Both the position numbers and the translations under genes were made by a program. From the NCBI GenBank assembly GCA_010909165.1, contig MU008167.1, positions 124,001 through 188,000 on the forward strand: DNA of 64,000 bases, given 5' to 3'. Origin of the DNA: Anthoceros angustus. Lineage: Eukaryota > Plantae > Anthocerotophyta. Shown here in pieces: positions 57,470 to 64,000 of this stretch (position 1 is the stretch's first letter; the number at the start of each line of letters is the position of its first letter). The notes under the pieces were generated by a model, which saw nothing but the letters and a program-made list of their open reading frames with translations, ran no database searches and was not told the origin of the DNA.

Positions 57470-58761
57470 GGGCCCCTTTTTCGGGGCCCCGTTCCGTGCG
57501 GTGTGGCCTCTTGCCTCGTCTGTGGCGGGGCCTAGGTGAGGCCTCCACAGCGGCCGGGGTGTTCTAGTGGTTTTTCAGAGCTCTTTATCCTTGCGGCGGC
57601 TGTGGCGCGGGGTGAGACCCCCACTTCGGCATCCTCTCTTCCTGCTTCGCACGCTGCCCTGTGTACCTCATTGAAGCACTATACCCCCCTCTCCAGGTTT
57701 TCTTTCTCAACTTGGAGATTTCGACAAGCAGGTTATGCAAACTGTGGGAGACATCATCGGCCCAGGTTCCTTCAAATTTGTGGCCGGGGACCTGGCGCGG
57801 CGGCAGGCGTCCCTCCCTGTCGCTTTTGGTGGTGCAGGTCTTTTGGCCATGGAGGCCTCGATGCCAGCGGCTTTTCTAGGAAGTTGGGTCCTCTCGGCCC
57901 TGATTTTGGCCTCTTGCTTCCTTACCCGGGATAGCAGCATTTTGGAGAATTCCGTCGCAGGAGTTGAGGAGGGGTGCTTCCCCCTCCAAGTGTCCTTAAG
58001 GTCGGCTAGGGACCCCTTACTCCCTCTAGTCAGGGAGACCATGCCTTCTTTTTCCTCGTTTCCCGTAGACGGGCTTCGGGGGTTGCAGGCTTCTCTCCAA
58101 GAGAAGCATTAAGGGCAAGTGTTGCAGGGTCTTCTTCTGGATTCATCTATTGCTCGTCTCGCTAGACCTCGCCTTTGCTCTTCCTCAAGAGAGTGTGCGT
58201 TCTGCCCGCCCTTGCATCCGGGCATTCAATCGCATGCCTTCTTTTCTACTAGCTTCGCACCGGGTCAAGCCTAACCACTAACTTGTTCTCTTCCAGCCTG
58301 CTGCTGTGGGCCTCCATCGACGACCCTGCAGCCCACTTAGCGCGTTGTCCAATGGGTGGACAGCATATTGCTACACACGATGCCATCCGAGACATCATGT
58401 TCTCGATGGCCAAAGAGAGCGATTTCTTCCCTTTCAAGGAGCGGCAGTATACTCAGAGGCTCAATGGCGTCTCTCTTAGAGCTGACCTTTTCTTGACGCG
58501 GGGGGACGAGGTCTCGGTTGCGAACGTGGTTATCACTAACTTAAGCAAAGATTCTGTTAGCGACCATGTCATCATCAACCCTCCAGGTTGGGCGGCGGAA
58601 GGGAGCGCAACTACAAAAGTTTACAAGTACAGGCCCATGCAGCAAGGTCACATTTTCATCCCCCTTGCCATTGAAACCCATGAGGCCTTGGGTAAGGTTT
58701 TTTCTCGTTTCATCAAGGAGTGTGCAAGGGCCTACCACTACGACAAGGGCGGGGTTGGCCT
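57470..58761 (+). mobile_element. Internally deleted CRE-like non-LTR retrotransposon, broken at 58761
   Basis: AVARGETP, RRQASLPVAFGGAGL, HLARCPMGGQHIATHDAIRD, RADLFL, KVYKY and FIPLAIETH. Confidence 0.85.
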
Positions 58762-59751
58762 GATGAAATGCAACTCCACCCAATGAAATGCAACCTTCCA
58801 TTCTTCCTTGAAGACTCTTGCCTTTTGCACCTTTTGTCTCTTTTGACTCGGTTGGCTTGTTTCGGTATTGTCGCCACTCCTTGTTTGGTCATCACGTGAA
58901 GCCCCTCCAAAAAATCCGGATGCTGAACTTTGAGAAAAATGAGCCATCTTTACCTGCAATCTTTTAAAAAAAAATTAATATAGCAAATGAAGAGCCAAAA
59001 AACAAAGCGTTAAAAGCGAAGAGCTTAAAAAGAGATGAGCTCAAACAAAAATGAACTCTAAACCTAAAAAGCTCAAAAAGAGATGAGCTCTAAAAAAGAA
59101 GAGCCCTTACCAAGAAAGAACAACAAGGAGCAAGGAAGAAGACTAAGAAGCAAGAAAGAAGAACAACAAGCACACCACAATGAGGAGAGCAACAATGAGT
59201 GATGCTCCAAATGCTAGTGTTGTGGTCTTATGTACTCTTGAAGGGTGTCTATTCATAGCATGATAGGATAAGAGTCCTATGTAAGCCTATGGTTGAGATA
59301 CCATATCTTAGTCCATCTTCATGGATGAGCGTGCATATCAACAATTTATTGTATACATTAATATCTACATTCAAAGCAAAATATTACATATCTACTTTTT
59401 ATAGATGTATCAAAATAAGCTAATAAAATCTCAAAGAATAAAGGCTGTATTAATAGGCTATGGATGGTATTAGATAAATAAAGACATAGCCCATAGATCC
59501 ATGGTAAGTGTCTTTATGACCATACCAACTATAAGATGGGTCTATGTGTCCATAATAAATATAAATCTTTGGATATAAAATTAAGTAATTTACTAATTTT
59601 AAACCGGACCTTTCATGAATCCTCAGTCCCCGAAAAAAATAGGGAACCGAGGGTGCGAACCGGACTCCTAAAGAACCTCCGGTCCCATGTTTTTTTTTAA
59701 CACATGCCGGGACCGGGACCGAGCTTGGGACGGGGTCAAAATGACACCCTG
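58762..59751 (-). mobile_element. 5' end of an hAT-family DNA transposon with a truncated transposase start
   Basis: The minus strand begins CAGGGTGTCATTTTGA, followed by cgtccc/ggtccc subterminal repeats and a 5'-UTR intron (~59110-58954). It then encodes MAHFSQ...KARVFKEEWKVAFHWVE, resembling the start of a TTF-type zinc finger. Confidence 0.65.
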
Positions 59752-59887
59752 CTACTTACCACCGGTGCCTTCGATGCTACGTCCCCAGCACTCGTGATCG
59801 TCCTAAAGATGGCGCTAGCCAACTCCCTTTGCGCTTAAGGCTATGGAAACCAGTTGCCTGAAATAAGCCACCACACTGGAAAGGGGG
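59752..59887 (-). mobile_element. 3' coding end of the CRE-like element (inverted continuation of 57470-58761)
   Basis: The minus strand reads PLSSVVAYFRQLVSIAL...PVVS. Confidence 0.75.
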
Positions 59888-59911
59888 TATCTTCGCGTTG
59901 GACCACCAGCT

Positions 59912-59970
59912 CATATTTGAGCAGACTCAAAGCATATTTGAACAGACTCAAGCCTTATTTGAACGAACTA
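59912..59970. repeat. ~21-bp tandem repeat, 3 copies
   Basis: catatttga.cagactcaa.g repeats. Confidence 0.7.
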
Positions 59971-60157
59971 CAAGCTTCAGATCAGTTCAGATGTGATGGA
60001 AAGCTACATTATTTAAAAGCAAAACTGTGATCAGCTTAGGAACATTCACCAAGGTTCCAAGCGTTCACCAACCAACCAACACCTCGGCTTTTAAACGGAC
60101 CTACACTTCTAAAGAACTCCAACACTAAAAACCAATAGCAAACCTAGCACATTCACA

Positions 60158-63100
60158 TCATCGCTGCATAAGCAGTCCCGTTGCCTTGCACTTACGTATG
60201 CACTTATTGCAGAGCCATGCTGTTTCCTTTCCTTGTGCGTATCTCACTTGTGTGAGTTGGAACATCTCCCACATACGGCCATGGAGGGATTTTAGAATGT
60301 CCTCGAGTCCTAACCAGGCATCCACATTGACATCCTCTTCATTCACGGCCACCATGTTAGGCAACTGCTGGTGGTTGGACAATGTTTCCCCTACCAATCC
60401 CATCACTGTCATTGGCATGGCTCCTGCCCAGTTTGCAAAGTCCGGTATAGCATTTCCCAAACCAGAAGCTACATGCAAGCCTGCCTTGGCTAGAAACACG
60501 AGCAAGTTAGCACTCATCACTGAAAGCTTTCGAATCCACTTATAGTTTTTAGACTGTACAACCAAAGGATAACCAGGTTGTCCTTGTACAATATGGTTTC
60601 CACCTTTGTCCTCACACATGAGATGCAAATGCACCGCCTTGCCAACCTGAATCAAAGCCATAAACCTTTCTCGGAAGGATACATCATCACTACACAAGAA
60701 AGGACGACGAGGCAAGGTGGAACCATGATACCCTATAATATCATCCATTTTGCATTTCAAAGCCCTCAATGTTTCTCTTTTTGACTCCATCATCTTAGCT
60801 TCAACTAATCTAATAAACTCCAGTAACTCCTTTTGATTACTGTCTAGTTTGTCCATCACCTGCGAGTGTTGTATATCAAGCTTCGAGTCTTGTATATCAA
60901 GCTTCTGCAATATTATGATTAAAATGTCTAACCAAGTTCTCCTATTTCCGACGGAGAGGTCAGAGTGACTTCGTAAAGGAACTGTAGACACACTGTGACT
61001 TGCTGCAGCCTTGGAGCTTGTGACCATATGTGACATTGGCACAAGATCTGTTGTCATCTTCAATACACAATCCCTTTGCCATGCATAAAACTCACTATTC
61101 CTTTGCACTATATCTGCCAAGTATTCCGGATCAACAAATTCCTCCACCTTATGAGATACCCTGATGCCACTTACTTCATCGCCAATAGCAGGCCAAGAAT
61201 GTATAAAATCCAATATGTTTCTGGTAACAAAATACCCTTCACCACACCGCAAAGTTTGCTCTTCATCTAGAAGAAACTTGTTAAATCATCTCAAGGTATG
61301 CTTGGTTCCGTCTCAATTTGCAAGGTACCAAACGAGTTACAAAGGGTTGATGAAAGCTTCTGTCAATGCAACTCTGGACAACCCCTAGGTGAAGCACAAA
61401 AGTTTCTCAATTCTTCAAGGATATGTTGTCTCATAAATGTATAGGCAAAACCACGTCGTTGTGTTGACCTGACAAGTATGTCAACAAAATCGCCAATCGC
61501 TCCTCCTCCAGTATTCTATAAAGATATCCATACCATTGTAGACTATGGAAATAAGATTGTAATAAATATGTATTGATGGGACAACATTCCCAAGTCCACC
61601 TTGGAAAAAAGACGATTTCGCAAGACCACCTTAAGAAAAGAAACAAAGTTAGTGCAACGTTCAAATACAAGTTACCACCTTTGTCAACCTCTTCACCTCA
61701 AAAACTTCCAAGGAAAAGAAAAACATTTACCTGAAACCTCGGGAAAAAACCCTCAGTTAAGAAAGTTCGAACATCTTGACATTGTAAGCGGCGGCCTATA
61801 AACTCATAGTTTACATCATTGTCGTATGTAGTTGGCCATTGTAGAGATCTTTCTGTACTTGCACCTGCTTGCCGATTGATGGTTGTGGGAATGAAAAACC
61901 CTTGCGTTTCCATATCTAGAGGTGCCTCGTAACATAACTCCAACTCCAACATAATATTCACCAAGTCTTGAGTCTCAAGTCCGGTATAGTCCTTTGAAAA
62001 GTTAGTAAGAACTGATTCGAGTAGCTCTCGTTTTACAAATCCTTCAGTAGTAAGGGGTAAGAGTGGACTATGTGATTGTATGAAATGACCTAGAAAGTTG
62101 TGAGTAATCCAATTAGGATTAATTACTATTATATTTTTATTTTTCAACTGGACAATTTTTCCAACATCATGAAGATAGGATGAAATGGCAGATATTATGT
62201 TCTCGCTCGGAAATTATTCAACTCCTCAAGCTGTTGCACACAATAGCTTTCAAATCTCTTTTGTTGCATCAAAGGTTGTGAAGGATGCTTAGATACCCAC
62301 TGTATCAAGGTTTTACTCAATTTCTCACATATATTAGGAACTAATTTTGAGTCCTCACATGCAATTTTTAAGCTTTTAAATACCTCACATGATATGTTCT
62401 TTATGCATTTCAATGAATAAGCCTTGATAATTTTTACTTTTGGAATTACACCTATTAAATCTAAAAATTCGTTTGTTACATTCTTCATTTGCGTGTTTAA
62501 TAAAATTTCTATAAATTCTTTATTTTTTTCAAATTTATCTAGGTACGTAATTATAACCAATAATTTTGGTTTCACTACACTTCCCTGCTTGACATTAGAT
62601 GCAATAAAGGTTAGCCAATACTTCAATTCATCCTCAAACCTTCTTTTCATATCTTCGTAAGACATAATCTCTCCTAACTCATGGTCAAAGGGACTAAACA
62701 CGAACGAAAATAGACAAGCTTGGTGAATATTAGGAAAGAGATAATCATGGAGAATGCGAAATTCAGCTTGGCCGGCTAGATCCCAAATGCTTACTTGCAA
62801 ATCCTCGTCATTATTAAAAATGTGTTCGATTGCTATCCCTTTTGTCATCTTCCACGGTAGGCGCACATTTGTCATACAAGTTGGCACCACTCTCCATCTT
62901 TGAGAATAGCGGACCATACTTCGACGAATTGTGCTTTTCCCTGCAAAGATTAGTCAGAGATTATATTAGACATTTACAAGGAGCAATTAATGTTCAAGTA
63001 CTCTGTAACAAAGGATGGAATTACCTGCTCGTGGCGATCCACAAAGAAAGAATCTACCCACTTTTGGAAGTACAAATTTGAATCGCTGTCGATAAAATGC

Positions 63101-64000
63101 AGGTAAATATGCAACCTGACGATTATTTCGTTGCACAGCTTCCCCCAACAATGCACTTTTCCCTTCCTTTTCCCATTGGTCATCACTTATTTGTATGCTT
63201 ACCAAAGATGTATTCGAAGCTACGCTACGCATAAGATCTGTAAATATTTTTGAAGTCAACCTCGGATAGCCTCTAATATCGAGATGTTGAATAGTTGTAC
63301 TCCTCCCTAAGGATGTAAAAACTGTATCATTAAAGACTCTGCTAAACTCTCCATGCAATCTCAGTTGCTTGAGGGCTCTGGCCTTGTCTACTTCGAGTCC
63401 CGCTTTGGCATATCTCAAGTCATCACTCGCCATTATCTCGCAGAATTCCAGCACAGCATTCGTGCGTAATACCAAATTTAAATCTGCCACACACCCATGT
63501 GGCAAGTCATAAATTCCGAGCGTAGTGACAGATCTATTGCCCACCGTCACATGTCCTTCAGTGCTGGTTTCTCCCAATCCAGTGCGAAGCAATTCTCCCA
63601 TAATCACGTCTGACTGCGCTCCTCCCATTCCACCAATTTGCAACTCTTGCAACGTTGTGTTCCAGGCCAGGGCTTTGCCGATTATTCTTGCATCTTGCAA
63701 TGTCCAGGAGATGCCCGTAATGTTCAAATCAAGCAAGGAGGGGCATATACCGGGAGCGAGCAGCGCGGCTATTTGTCCAGACCCCGATCTCCCCAGCGCG
63801 TCGTTCCATGACAGGTCCAGGACGCGGAGCGCGGAGTGGGGGGCAGCGCTCAGTGCGCTCACCAGCTCCCCAAACCCGTTCGCTTTCAGGTCGACTGCAC
63901 TCAGACTCAACTCGTGGAGCGTGCGACTGACGCGCAGGAGGGCTCCCAAAGCTTTACATCCAGCCGCGCTGCCCACACCCTTACATCGTCCAAAATCCAG
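60158..64000 (-). pseudogene. TORNADO1-like LRR-ROC-COR (ROCO) gene with several frameshifts; the 5' part lies beyond the window
   Basis: Ribonuclease-inhibitor-type LRRs, a P-loop GSPRAG|KST split by an intron (~62942-63025), TKGI, IWDLAGQAEF, YLHDVG, VINPNW, GFFPRFQV, FCASPRGCP and HLHLMCE...QPGY. Frameshifts occur at ~62210 and repeatedly in 61300-61620. Confidence 0.75.

Overview
This is a eukaryotic land-plant nuclear window with compact genes and short (~75-150 bp) introns. A hornwort or other non-seed plant is the most likely source (inferred from intron size, gene density and PLS-PPR genes with a PGQSWW-type box). Recognisable genes are SBPase, Nup155, three intronless PLS-class PPR-E/E+ RNA-editing-type genes without a DYW catalytic part, N-carbamoylputrescine amidase, an F-box gene, a frameshifted PLATZ-like gene and a frameshifted TORNADO1-like LRR-ROC-COR gene. 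A ~10-kb multi-exon gene has C-terminal motifs resembling CAP350/CEP350 and TRM proteins. Between the genes are remnants of RLE-type (CRE-like) non-LTR retrotransposons, putative Helitron termini, one hAT end and many minisatellites. The region 41.5-51 kb is a mosaic inverted duplication that is either a template-switch rearrangement or an assembly artefact. A ~1.1-kb inversion at 58762-59887 can be reconstructed to the base. There are no prokaryotic features, CRISPR arrays, rRNA or tRNA. No wholly new system is certain. The best candidates are the CEP350-like gene, the PPR-E paralog set and a Helitron-carried PLATZ gene.
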